Source: Macrostomum lignano
Lineage: Eukaryota
Assembly (NCBI GenBank): GCA_002269645.1
Contig: NIVC01000303.1
Location: 310,001-374,000 of the forward strand
Direction of reading: 5' to 3'
DNA: 64,000 bases
The notes under the pieces are model-generated. The model saw only the letters and a program-made list of their open reading frames with translations. It was not told the DNA's origin and did no database searches. Position 1 is the stretch's first letter; each line of letters starts with the position of its first letter. Of this stretch, positions 1 through 11,405 are shown one piece after another. Position numbers and translations under genes: made by a program.

Positions 1-970
1 CTCTGTCCCTCTCTCTCTCTCTCTCTTATCTCTGTCCCTCTGTCTCTCTTATCTCTGTCCCTCTGTCTCTCTTATCTCTGTCCCTCTGTCTCTCTTATCT
101 CTGTCCCTCTTATCTCTGTCCCTCTGTCTCTCTTATCTCTGTCCCTCTGTCTCTCTTATCTATGTCCCTCTGTCTCTCTTATCTCTGTCCCTCTTATCTC
201 TGTCTCTCTTATCTCTGTCCCTCTGTCTCTCTTATCTCTGTCCCTCTGTCTCTCTTATCTCTGTCTCTCTTATCTCTGTCCCTCTGTCTCTCTTATCTCT
301 GTCCCTCTCTCTCTCTCTTATCTCTGTCCCTCTGTCTCTCTTATCTCTGTCCCTCTGTCTCTCTTATCTCTGTCCCTCTGTCTCTCTTATCTCTGTCCCT
401 CTGTCTCTCTTATCTCTGTCCCTCTGTCTCTCTTATCTCTGTCCCTCTGTCTCTCTTATCTCTGTCCCTCTGTCTCTCTTATCTCTGTCCCTCTTATCTC
501 TGTCCCTCTGTCTCTCTTATCTCTGTCCCTCTCTCTCTCTTATCTCTGTCCCTCTGTCTCTCTTATCTCTGTCCCTCTGTCTCTCTTATCTCTGTCCCTC
601 TGTCTCTCTTATCTCTGTCCCTCTTATCTCTGTCCCTCTGTCTCTCTTATCTCTGTCCCTCTCTCTCTCTTATCTCTGTCCCTCTGTCTCTCTTATCTCT
701 GTCCCTCTGTCTCTCTTATCTCTGTCCCTCTGTCTCTCTTATCTCTGTCCCTCTGTCTCTCTTATCTCTGTCCCTCTGTCTCTCTTATCTCTGTCCCTCT
801 CTCTCTCTCTTATCTCTGTCCCTCTCTCTCTCTTATCTCTGTCCCTCTGTCTCTCTTATCTCTGTCCCTCTGTCTCTCTTATCTCTGTCCCTCTGTCTCT
901 CTTATCTCTGTCCCTCTTATCTCCGTCCCTCTGTCTCTCTTATCTCTGTCCCTCTCTCTCTCTTATCTCT
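1..970. repeat. 23-bp minisatellite CTCTGTCCCTCTGTCTCTCTTAT (with 15-bp variants), AHI1 intron 8
   Basis: Directly visible tandem unit; source of ORF 162-1013. Confidence 0.95.
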
Positions 971-1030
971 GTTCTCCTCTTTGCCAACATTAATAAAAGA
1001 CAGCCCAAGTTAAATATTTAACTATTTTAC

Positions 1031-2282
1031 CTAATCCTCTGCCCCTTGAAGAAGCTAATCTCGTCGGATCTAGAAGCCTTGTAATCCAGTATAGCGATGA
1101 CAGTCTCTGTGGGGGCTTGTGCCGCCGCCTGCTGCTCCTCCGCTGCGGCTGTTCGTTTCTGACCGGCTCGGTCAATTTTGAAGCTGGCCCGGTTGGCCCC
1201 GTCCAGCAGGAGGGTGAGACGCGGCTTGCCTGCATCCAGCTGACCGTGGCGACCGATTTCAGTGCTTGGCTGCTGCAGATGACGCGGCGTAGTGGAGTCC
1301 ATGGCTCCCGGTAGCAGGGTGGCCACCTGCGGATGGGTGTGGAGGTACATATTGGTTTGAGATTAGGCGATGGGGCGGATAACTGACAGATGACAGATGC
1401 CTAATGGTGGGGGGCGGATAACTATTATGACAGATGCCTAATGGTGGGGGGCGGATAACTATTATGACAGATGCCTAATCGTGGGGGGCGGATAACTATT
1501 ATGACAGATGCCTAATGGTGGGGGGCGGATAACTATTATGACAGATGCCTAATGGTGGGGGGGCGGATAACTATTATGACAGATGCCTAATGGTGGGGGG
1601 CGGATAACTATTATGACAGATGCCTAATGGTGGGGGGGCGGATAACTATTATGACAGATGCCTAATCGTGGGGGGCGGATAACTATTATGACAGATGCCT
1701 AATGGTGGGGGGCGGATAACTATTATGACAGATGCCTAATGGTGGGGGGCGGATAACTATTATGACAGATGCCTAATGGTGGGGGGGCGGATAACTATTA
1801 TGACAGATGCCTAATAGGGGCGGATAAGCCAAACAAGTACATCGAAGATTCCTCAATTCACCTGCGGCATTGTGCCAGTAGAAGCGGCCACGCTCCGCCT
1901 CATGGAGCCGCCAGCCAGCACAGAATCCAGCCGATCCTGGGCCATCCGCGACTTCTTCAGGCCGCCTATTTCTGCTCCAGCGTGAGACCGCTGCATTGTT
2001 TTTAATCTGTCAAATTCCTGCAGCACCGGGCCAGACTGGATGAGTCTGGATGCTTCCAGCTGCTGCACTGAGTCGCCGACGTTGACCAGAGTGCCGGAAC
2101 GGCCCAGCTGAGCTTGCTGACCATCTCGACGGGCGAGGCTGGCATCGTACTGGTAGATCAGGATGGCCGCGCTGTGGCTCAGTGAGGAGAAGGCCAGCGC
2201 GTTGTCTAGCGGGTGATAGTCCAGGCAGCTGACTGAGCCGCTCAGGTTCACCTGGGGGTTGAGAGAGCTGGGGTTGTAGGGC

Positions 2283-2318
<36 letters not shown>

Positions 2319-2319
2319 G

Positions 2320-2367
<48 letters not shown>

Positions 2368-2492
2368 CGCAGACAGACAGACAGACAGACAGACAGACAG
2401 GCAGACAGACAGACAGACAGACACGCAGACAGACAGACAGACAGACAGACAGGCAGACAGACAGACAGACAGACAGACACACAGACAGACAC

Positions 2493-2523
<31 letters not shown>

Positions 2524-2548
2524 CACAGACAGACACACAGACAGACAC

Positions 2549-2641
<93 letters not shown>

Positions 2642-2776
2642 CACAGACAGACAGACAGACAGACACACAGACAGACAGACAGACAGACACACAGACAGAC
2701 ACACAAACAGGCAGACAGACAGACACAGACAAACAGACACACAGACACCCAGACACACACACACACAGACAGACAC

Positions 2777-2827
<51 letters not shown>

Positions 2828-2912
2828 CACAGACAGACACACAAACAGGCAGACAGACAGACACAGACAAACAGACACACAGACACCCAGACACACACAC
2901 ACAGACAGACAC

Positions 2913-2959
<47 letters not shown>

Positions 2960-3162
2960 CACAGACAGACACAGACACACAGACAGACAGACAGACAGGC
3001 AGGCAGACAGACACACAGACAGACAGACAGACAGACACACAGACACACACAGACAGACACACAAACAGGCAGACAGACAGACACAGACAAACAGACACAC
3101 AGACACCCAGACAGACACACAGACAGACAGACAGACACACAGACAGACAGGCAGACAGACAC

Positions 3163-3201
<39 letters not shown>

Positions 3202-6200
3202 CACAGACAGACAGACAGACAGGCAGACAGACACACAGACAGACACACAGACAGACAGACAGACAGACACACAGACAGACACACAGACAGACAGACACAG
3301 ACACACAGACAGACAGGCAGGCAGACAGACACACAGACAGACAGACAGACACACAGACAGACACACAGACAGACAGACACACAGACAGACAGACAGGCAG
3401 GCAGACAGACACACAGACAGACACACAGACAGACAGACAGACACACAGACAGACACACAGACAGACAGACAGACACAGACACACAGACAGACAGACAGGC
3501 AGGCAGACAGACACACAGACAGACACACAGACAGTGTCCAGACTCACCTGTCTGTAGGTGGCCACCACGTCTCCCGAGTCGGCATTGAAGACGTACACGT
3601 CGCCGTCCTCACTGCCGGTGATCACGAAGGCCCCGCAGGGTGACACGCAGGAGCGCAGGTTCTCGCGGCTGTTGGCGTGGCCCAGGTAGTCCATGACAAC
3701 GTAGCCCCGCTGCGAGCCCCTGACGTGCACCAGTCGCAGTGTTGAGTCCCGAGTCTGCACCAGCAGCCGAGTAGCGGACGGATGCAGACTCATACAGGTG
3801 ATGCACTTGTCCTTGAGCTCGGGCAGGTCCATCCAGCTTGACCGAGTCCACTCGCCGGCCACCCCGGGTCTGTCCGTCCCGGCCGTGTACGGACACTTCC
3901 ACACGCCCAACTGGCCGCTGGCGTCACCGCTGTACACGTAGCGACCCTCCGGTTCGAAAACCAACGCGTTGACGTGGCTGCGGTGCGGCTCCAGCTGCCA
4001 GACCACTTCGCAGGCGGACTCGAAAATGCTCCAAACTCTAATAATGCGATCGTAGCAGCCCGTAGCAACTAAACTACTGGATTGCGGATGGAACTGGGCG
4101 CAATAAACGAATGTTGGATGCACCAGCTGCTTGTGTAGGCCGGCCTGGTATTTTGTAGTTAAAATTAGAATTTATTAGTGCCAGAGGGAACAGCTACTGA
4201 CAGTAGAAATGTAATGATTTTTAGATAAAAATTCATATTTATGTGACAAAAACTATGAAGGTGAATTTAACCTATTAAAATGTAGAATTTTGGAAATTGT
4301 GGTGTAGTTTAGGGGGATTGTGGTGTAGCTTGGGAGATTTTGATGTAGTTTAGAAGAATTGTGGTGCAGTTTAGGGAATTGTGGTGTAGTTTAGGGGAAT
4401 TGTGGTGTAGTTTAGGGGAATTGTGGTGTAGTTTAGGGGAATTGTGGTGTAGTTGGGAGATTGTGGTGTAGTTTAGGGGAATTGTGGTGTAGTTGGGAGA
4501 TTGTGGTGTAGTTAAGGGGAATTGTGGTGTAGTTTGGGGAATTGTGGTGCAGTTTGGGGAATTGTGGTGTAGTTTGGGGCAATTGTGGTGTAGTTTGGGG
4601 AATTGTGGTGTAGTTTGGGGCAATTGTGGTGTAGTTTGGTGAATTGTGATGCAGTTTAGGGGAATTGTGGTGTAGTTTAGGGGAATTGTGGTGTAGTTGG
4701 GAGATTGTGGTGTAGCTTAGGGGAATTGTGGTGTAGTTTAGGGGAATTGTAGTGCAGTCTGGGGGAATTGTGATGCAGTCTGGGGGAATTGTGGTGTAGT
4801 TTGGGAGCTTGTGGTGTAGTTTAGGAGAATTGTGGTGCAGTTTAGGAGAATTGTGGTGCAGTTTAGGGAATTGTGGTGTAGTTTAGGGGAATTGTGGCGT
4901 AGTTTAGGGGAATTGTGGTGTAGTTGGGAGATTGTGGTGTAGTTTGGGGGAATTGTGGTGTAGTTGGGAGATTGTGGTGTAATTTAGGTGAATTGTGATG
5001 TAGTTTAGGGGAATTGTAGTGCAGTCTGGGGGAATTGTGATGCAGTCTGGGGGAATTGTGGTGTAGTTTGGGAGCTTGTGGTGTAGTTTAGGAGAATTGT
5101 GGTGCAGTTTAGGGAATTGTGGTGTAGTTTAGGGGAATTGTGGTGTAGTTGGGAGATTGTGGTGTAGTTTGGGGGAATTGTGGTGTAGTCTGGGGGAATT
5201 GTGATGCAGTCTGGGGGAATTGTGGTGCAGTTTGGGGCAATTGTGGTGCAGTCTGAGGGAATTGTGATGCAGTTTGGGGGAATTGTGATGCAGTTTAGGG
5301 GAATTGTGATGCAGTTTAGGGGAATTGTGATGAATCTCGCAGCTGCGCTGCTCACCTGTTTAGTGCCAATCTGCCACACCCTGGCAGAGCAGTCTCCGCT
5401 AGCCGAAACCAACATGTGACTTTTGCGCGACCAGCCCAGATCGTAGACGATGCCGGCGTGACCCAACAGGTTGAACTCCGGCTTGCCAGCGAGAGCGCCG
5501 GCCCCGCCCAGCTCCCCTGCGGCAGTGTAGGAGTACAGCACCAGCGGGTAATCCACTGGCGGATTGCGGCAGGCTGCGGCAAGCCACCGACCGTCTGGTG
5601 AAAAGCGCAACACTGAGCATCCGTGAGTGCCCGTTGGCAGGGTGCGAGCGGCCCTGCCGGAGCGGCGAGATTTGATGCATGCATTATGCACTTTATTTTG
5701 AGACAATACAATGGACTAGGAAGGGATTAACCAGCGGATTAAAGAGTACATTTGGGAAGGGATTAACGAGAGTATTAAAGCAGGATTAAGTAGCAGATTA
5801 GGGTAGGATAAGATAAGCTAATTATTAGTCAGAATTGCGGAGCGGATTCGGGGAGCGGATTCGGGGAGCGGATTCGGAGAGCGGATTCTGGGAGGCGGAT
5901 TCTGGGGGGCGGATTCGGCCAGCGGATTCATAGAGCGGATTCGGGAAGCGGATTCGGGGAGCGGATTCTGGGGGGCGGATTCGGGGAGCGGATTCGGGGA
6001 GCGGATTCGGGGAGCGGATTCGGGGAGCGGATTCGGGGAGCGGATTCGGGAAACGGATTCGGGGAGCGGATTCGGGAAGCGGATTCGGGGAGCGGATTCG
6101 GGAAACGGATTCGGGGAGCGGATTCGGGGAGCGGATTCGGGAAACGGATTCGGGGAGCGGATTCGGGAAGCGGATTCGGGAAGCGGATTCGGGGAGCGGA

Positions 6201-9200
6201 TTCTGGGGAGCGGATTCGGGGAGCGGATTCTGGGGGGCGGATTCGGGGAGCGGATTCGGGAAACGGATTCGGGGAGCGGATTCGGGAAGCGGATTCGGGG
6301 AGCGGATTCTGGGGAGCGGATTCTGGGGAGCGGATTCGGGGAGCGGATTCTGGGGGGCGGATTCGGGGAGCGGATTCGGGGAGCGGATTCGGCCAGCGGA
6401 TTCGGGGAGCGGATTCGGCCAGCGGATTCATAGAGCGGATTCGGGAAGCGGATTCGGGGAGCGGATTCGGGGAGCGGATTCGGGGAGCGGATTCGGGGAG
6501 CGGATTCGGGGAGCGGATTCGGGGAGCGGATTCGGGGAGCGGATTCGGGGAAACCCGCGGCCAGCCTGGCGCACTTGTTAGGGATCTTGCACAGCTGGCC
6601 GGGAACCCGCTGGAAATAGTCCGGCCGATGTCGGTTCCGCCTCTGCGCCGCCTCGTCCTCGTCCTCGCCGTCCTCGACGTCCACGCCGGCCAGACCGAGG
6701 CCCTCCTGCTCGAACGGGAACTGGGAGCGGGTCCTGCCAGCCACCTGCTCGTTATTGCGATTAGGAGAGAACTCTTCCACGGTGACGTAAAGAGTCGACG
6801 GATAGGGTATCCTAGCGCGAGACTGGTACCAGTGGAACAGGTACGGCACCTCGGGATCGGTCTGTTCGGACTCGCGCAGCGGCAGCGCTTCGAATAGCTG
6901 TAGACGGACCTTGCGGCCGCAGTGGCTTCTGTGGGAGATTTTCGGGTTTGGATTAGGGAGGCCGTAATAATCGTTCTCCAAATCCCGAAACTTGGATCCC
7001 ATATTCCGATTATTCGATCCCAAATCCCGAATCTTCGATCCCAAGTCCCGAATCTTTGATTTCAAATCCCGAATTTTTTTTCCCCTAATCCTGAATCTTT
7101 GATCCCGAATCCCGAATAGTTGATCCCAAATCCCGAATATTTGATCCCAAATCCCGAATCTTTGATCCCAAAGCCAAATCTTAAATCCTAAATCCCGAAT
7201 TTTTATCCCAAATCTCGAATCTTTGATCCCGAGTCCCAACATTTTGATCCCAAATCCCAACCCTTTGATCCCAAATCCCAACTATTAGATCCAGTATAAC
7301 ATATCTTAAATCCCAAATCCCGAATTTTCTATCCTAAATCCCGAATCTTTGATCCCAAATCCCAACTATTTGATCCCAAATCCCATATCTTAAATCCCAA
7401 ATCCCGAATTTTCTATCCTAAATCCCGAATCTTTGATCCAAAATTCCAAAATCTGCAAACCCAAACCCTAAATCCCGATTTTTTTAATCCCACGAATTAG
7501 GAAATCTTTGAAATCTGCAAATATCAGCAAAATCGCCCCTTTAACCTTAATCCTGTTATTAAAATCTTCAATTAAATTCACAAATATCCTCAAAAGTTTC
7601 CCTCAAACGAAGCCGCTACCCACCTGCCGCTAGCGGAGTGCGGCCGCAGGAAGGCCCAGGCAACCCGGTACCAGCCAGCCTCGGGACTGTTAATCCGGTT
7701 GTTCTGTATGGCAGCCACAGACAGCATGTCGAGAACTTCAAATAGGAAAAGGACATTAGGATTTTGAGCAATGTAGGCGAAATTCTCGTCCAATAGCAGC
7801 TGCTCCTCCCACACAGGCAGCGTGTTGCCTTGACGACGAAAATCGCATTCGCCAGTCATCACGGGCAGCAGAAAGCTGACCGACTCGTAAAATGACGTCA
7901 CTTTCCGATCGGGATGCTGCTTGGCCAGGTAGCGGCCGGCTTGGGTGTCCACAACGTGAACTCGGACTCGCGGATGCCGAATGTGCGTGTCGTTTTTCAA
8001 CTGGTCGGTTCGATGGACGCGAAGTCGAACGATCAGGCCTTCGTCCGCGATGCCGGCGGCGTCGAAACGGCGACTTGTCGAAGCCGCGGCGGCGTCGGTA
8101 GCGGCGGCGGCGGTGGCATCGCCGACTGGCTGCGGCTGCTCAGTGATGACTCCTCCGGCTTCGTCTGTTGCGCCTTCTTCTGCTTGCTGCTGCTGCTCCT
8201 GGGAGAGGTAAGAAATGAGGATTAGCCACTGGATTAGGAAGCGGATTAGCGACTGGATTAGAAAGAGTATTAGCGACTGGATTAGGGAGCGGATTATCAA
8301 GTGGATTAGGGAATTGATTAGGGACCGGATTAGCAAGTGGATTTGGGAACGGATTAGGGATCGGATTAGTGAGAGGATTAGGGAACGGATTAGGGGCCGG
8401 ATTAGCGAGTGGATTAGGGAACGGATTAGGGACCAGATTAGCGAGTGGATTAGGGAACGGATTATTGAGTGGATTAGGGGCCGGATTAGCGAGTGGATTA
8501 GGGAACGGATTAGGGACCAGATTAGCGAGTGGATTAGGGAACGGATTATTGAGTGGATTAGGGGCCGGATTAGCAAGTGGATTAGGGAACGGATTAGGGG
8601 CCGGATTAGCGAGTGGATTGGGGAACGGATCATCGAGTGGATTAGGGGCCGGATTAGTAAGTGGATTAGGGAACGGATTAGGACCGGATTAGCGAGTGGA
8701 TTGGGGAACGGATCAGGGACCGGATTAGGGAGCGGATATAGATATTATCAAATTTCACCTGTTCCGGCTGCTGCTGTCTGGGCTGCTTCTTCTTTCGCAA
8801 TCGACGCTTAGCCGGAGCTCCGTCGGCTGTCTCATCTTCGACGCTGACCGCGGCGGCGGGGGCGGCGTCGGCGGCTGCGCCATCGACCTCAGGCTCGGCC
8901 TCCGCCGTTGCTGCTCCAGCAGCAGCTGCAGCAGCTTTCGGTTTTCGAACTTTTCGTTTAGGTTTAACGGCGGCAGCTGCTGGCTGAGAAGACTCCACCG
9001 GTGCGGCGGCGGTCTCAGCAGCGATGGCCGGCTCGCTGCTGGGATTCTCCTGCGTGCCGGGCGCCGGAGCTGCCGTTGGTTGGCGTTTCTTGCGCGGCTT
9101 CCTTGTCGGACTAAGGGTGCCGCCGCCGGCTGTCTCGTCATCGTCATGGACGAAGCCCTGCAGTTGCGAGATTGCGATGGGAGTGGATCCGTATGTATGT

Positions 9201-10302
9201 ACTAGTATGGTGCATGCTATCTTCCCTTAAAGCTCCCATCTCACCTTAATTCTACCTTCTCCCCACTAAATATACCTTCCCACCTTAAATCTCTCATTCC
9301 CCCTAAATATCTCATTTCCTCCTAAATCTTATATCTCCCTTTAAATCTCCTATCTCCCCTTAAAAAATCTCCTATATATATTCTAAATCTAACATCTCCC
9401 CCAAATCTCCTTTCTCACCATAAATCTCCCATCTCTCTTTAAATCTCCCATCTCTCTTTAAATCTCCCATCTCTCTTTAAATCTCCCATCTCTCTTTAAA
9501 TCTCCCATCTCTCTTTAAATAATTCAATCTCCCCTTAAATCTCCCATCTCCCATTAAATCTCTCATCTCCCCCTAAATCTCCTATTTTCCCCTAAATCTC
9601 CCATCCCCCTTAAATCTCCCATCTCCCCTTTAATCTCCCATCTCCCCTTAAATCTCCCATCTCCCCTTTAATCTCCCATCTCCCCTTAAATCTCCCATCC
9701 CCCTTAAATCTCCCATCTCCCCTTAAATCTCCCATCTCCCCTTAAATCTCCCATCTCCCCTTAAATCTCCCATCTCCCCTTAAATCTCCCATCTCTCCTT
9801 AAATCTTCTATCCTCTCCTGAATCTCCTATCTCCCGCCAAATCTCCCATTAAATATCTCATCTCCCCCTAAATCTCCTATTTTCCCCTAAATCTCCATCT
9901 CCCCAAATCTCCCATCCCCTCCCCAGTCCTTACCTGATTAGCAGTACCGCCACCTTTGACATCCTTTTTCGGACTCCGACTGGGATCGTAGGTGTTCAAC
10001 TCAATCAGGGGGTCCTGCCGATCCTTCTCTAGCGAGGATCTCAGCGAATCGATGGTAGCGGCGCCGGCGCCGGCGGAAGGATCGCGGCGCTTTTTCTTTT
10101 GGCGCGGTTTTGGCGGCGCCTCGCCAGTGGAGGCAGCCGGCATGGGCATCGCCGACAAGTCGGCGGTCCCGTCAGCAGCCGCGGTCGCCGCCGCTGGTAG
10201 AGGCTTCTTCTTGACCCGACGCTTCGGCGGAGGCTTCATCGAAGCATTGGCGGGGTCCTCGCCAGCTGGAAGGACGCCTGTCTCGGCTAGGTCAGCTGAC
10301 AT
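1031..10302 (-). CDS. AHI1: Jouberin/AHI1 (ciliary transition zone protein: low-complexity N-terminus, C2-like region, WD40 repeats, SH3); 3' end lies beyond the left window edge
   Basis: Exons (minus): 10302-9934, 9157-8759, 8198-7624, 6928-6575, 5653-5356, 4144-3548, 2251-1862, 1326-1031. All junctions are GT-AG and phase-consistent (0,0,2,2,0,0,0,2). The spliced product reads [53 protein letters not shown], then WD40 repeats and an SH3 start [25 protein letters not shown]. This matches the AHI1 motifs RLPGQACRIPNK, HPSFVYTAKFHP and WD40+SH3 order as I recall them. Confidence 0.93.
1373..1828. repeat. 37-bp minisatellite GGTGGGGGGCGGATAACTATTATGACAGATGCCTAAT, about 12 copies, AHI1 intron 7
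   Basis: Directly visible; G-run length varies between copies. Confidence 0.95.
2281..3534. repeat. (GACA)n/(CA) microsatellite, AHI1 intron 6
   Basis: Directly visible; it fuses two AHI1 exons into the spurious 756-aa ORF. Confidence 0.97.
4292..5331. repeat. 20-21-bp minisatellite GGGAATTGTGGTGTAGTTTA(G), AHI1 intron 5
   Basis: Directly visible. Confidence 0.95.
5836..6552. repeat. 13-bp minisatellite GCGGATTCGGGGA, AHI1 intron 4
   Basis: Directly visible. Confidence 0.95.
6975..7490. repeat. Degenerate 21-bp minisatellite ATCCCAAATCCCGAATCTTTG, AHI1 intron 3
   Basis: Directly visible. Confidence 0.9.
8219..8736. repeat. 12-bp-subunit minisatellite (GGATTAGGGAAC / GGATTAGGGGCC / GGATTAGCGAGT), AHI1 intron 2
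   Basis: Directly visible; subunits alternate in 36-48-bp blocks. Confidence 0.93.
9290..9920. repeat. 19-bp minisatellite CTCCCATCTCCCCTTAAAT, AHI1 intron 1
   Basis: Directly visible. Confidence 0.92.
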
Positions 10303-10437
10303 TGCCCAGGCGCTGGGGCTACTGGCATAAATTTTTTATTTATCGGTTAAATTACCTTACTACTCTACTGATATCAGGAGTAAGTAGTATATATAGATTT
10401 AAGGAATGTTTGTGAGTACCGGTTCTTACGTGTCTAG

Positions 10438-11120
10438 CTACCCTCTAGATACCCTAGATACCCTCTAGATACCCTAGATACCATCTAGATACCCAAGACA
10501 CCATCTAGATACCCAAGATACCCTCTAAATACCCTAGATACCCTCTAGATACCCTAGATGCCCTAGATACCATCTAGATACCCAAGATACCCTCTAGATA
10601 CCCAAGATACCATCTAGATACCCAAGATACCCTCTAGATACCCAAGATACCATCTCGATACCCTAGCTATCGTCTAAATACCATAGCTACCATCCAAATA
10701 ACCCAGCTAACATCTAAATACCCTAGCTACCATCTGAATACCCTACCTACCATCTGAATACCCTAGCTACCATCTGAATACCCTAGCTACTATTTGAATA
10801 CCCTAGCTACCATCTGAATACCCTAGCTACCATCTGAATACCCTAGCTACCATCTGAATACCCTAGCTACTATTTGAATACCCTAGCTACCATCTGAATA
10901 CCCTAGCTACTATTTGAATACCCTACCTACCATCTGAATACCCTAGCTACCATCTGAATACCCTACCTACCATCTGAATACCCTAGCTACCATCTGAATA
11001 CCCTAGCTACTATTTGAATACCCTAGCTACCATCTGAATACCCTAGCTACCATCTGAATACCCTACCTACCATCTGAATACCCTAGCTACTATTTGAATA
11101 CCCTAGCTACTTTCTACATA
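10438..11120. repeat. 20-bp minisatellite grading from CCCTAGATACCCTCTAGATA to CCCTAGCTACCATCTGAATA, between Asterix and AHI1
   Basis: Directly visible. Confidence 0.92.
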
Positions 11121-11405
11121 GCTAACTACCATCTTACATACCATAGCTACCCACTAAAAATACCGCTTAAGTAGATATTTTAAATACATGGAGACCTTAA
11201 CTCTTAAAGTTTCAATATATCAAAATAAAACAATGAACCGAAACAATACAGCCCTATTTAATTAAACTCAAACTGAAATTATTGCTGTCAATTAGTTACT
11301 GTTTATATTTTTTAATGTTAATATACTAACAGATTAACAGATTACACAGAACTGGAGACAAATAGTTAATAAACGCTCGTAGCAATAAAACTGTCAATCA
11401 ATCTG

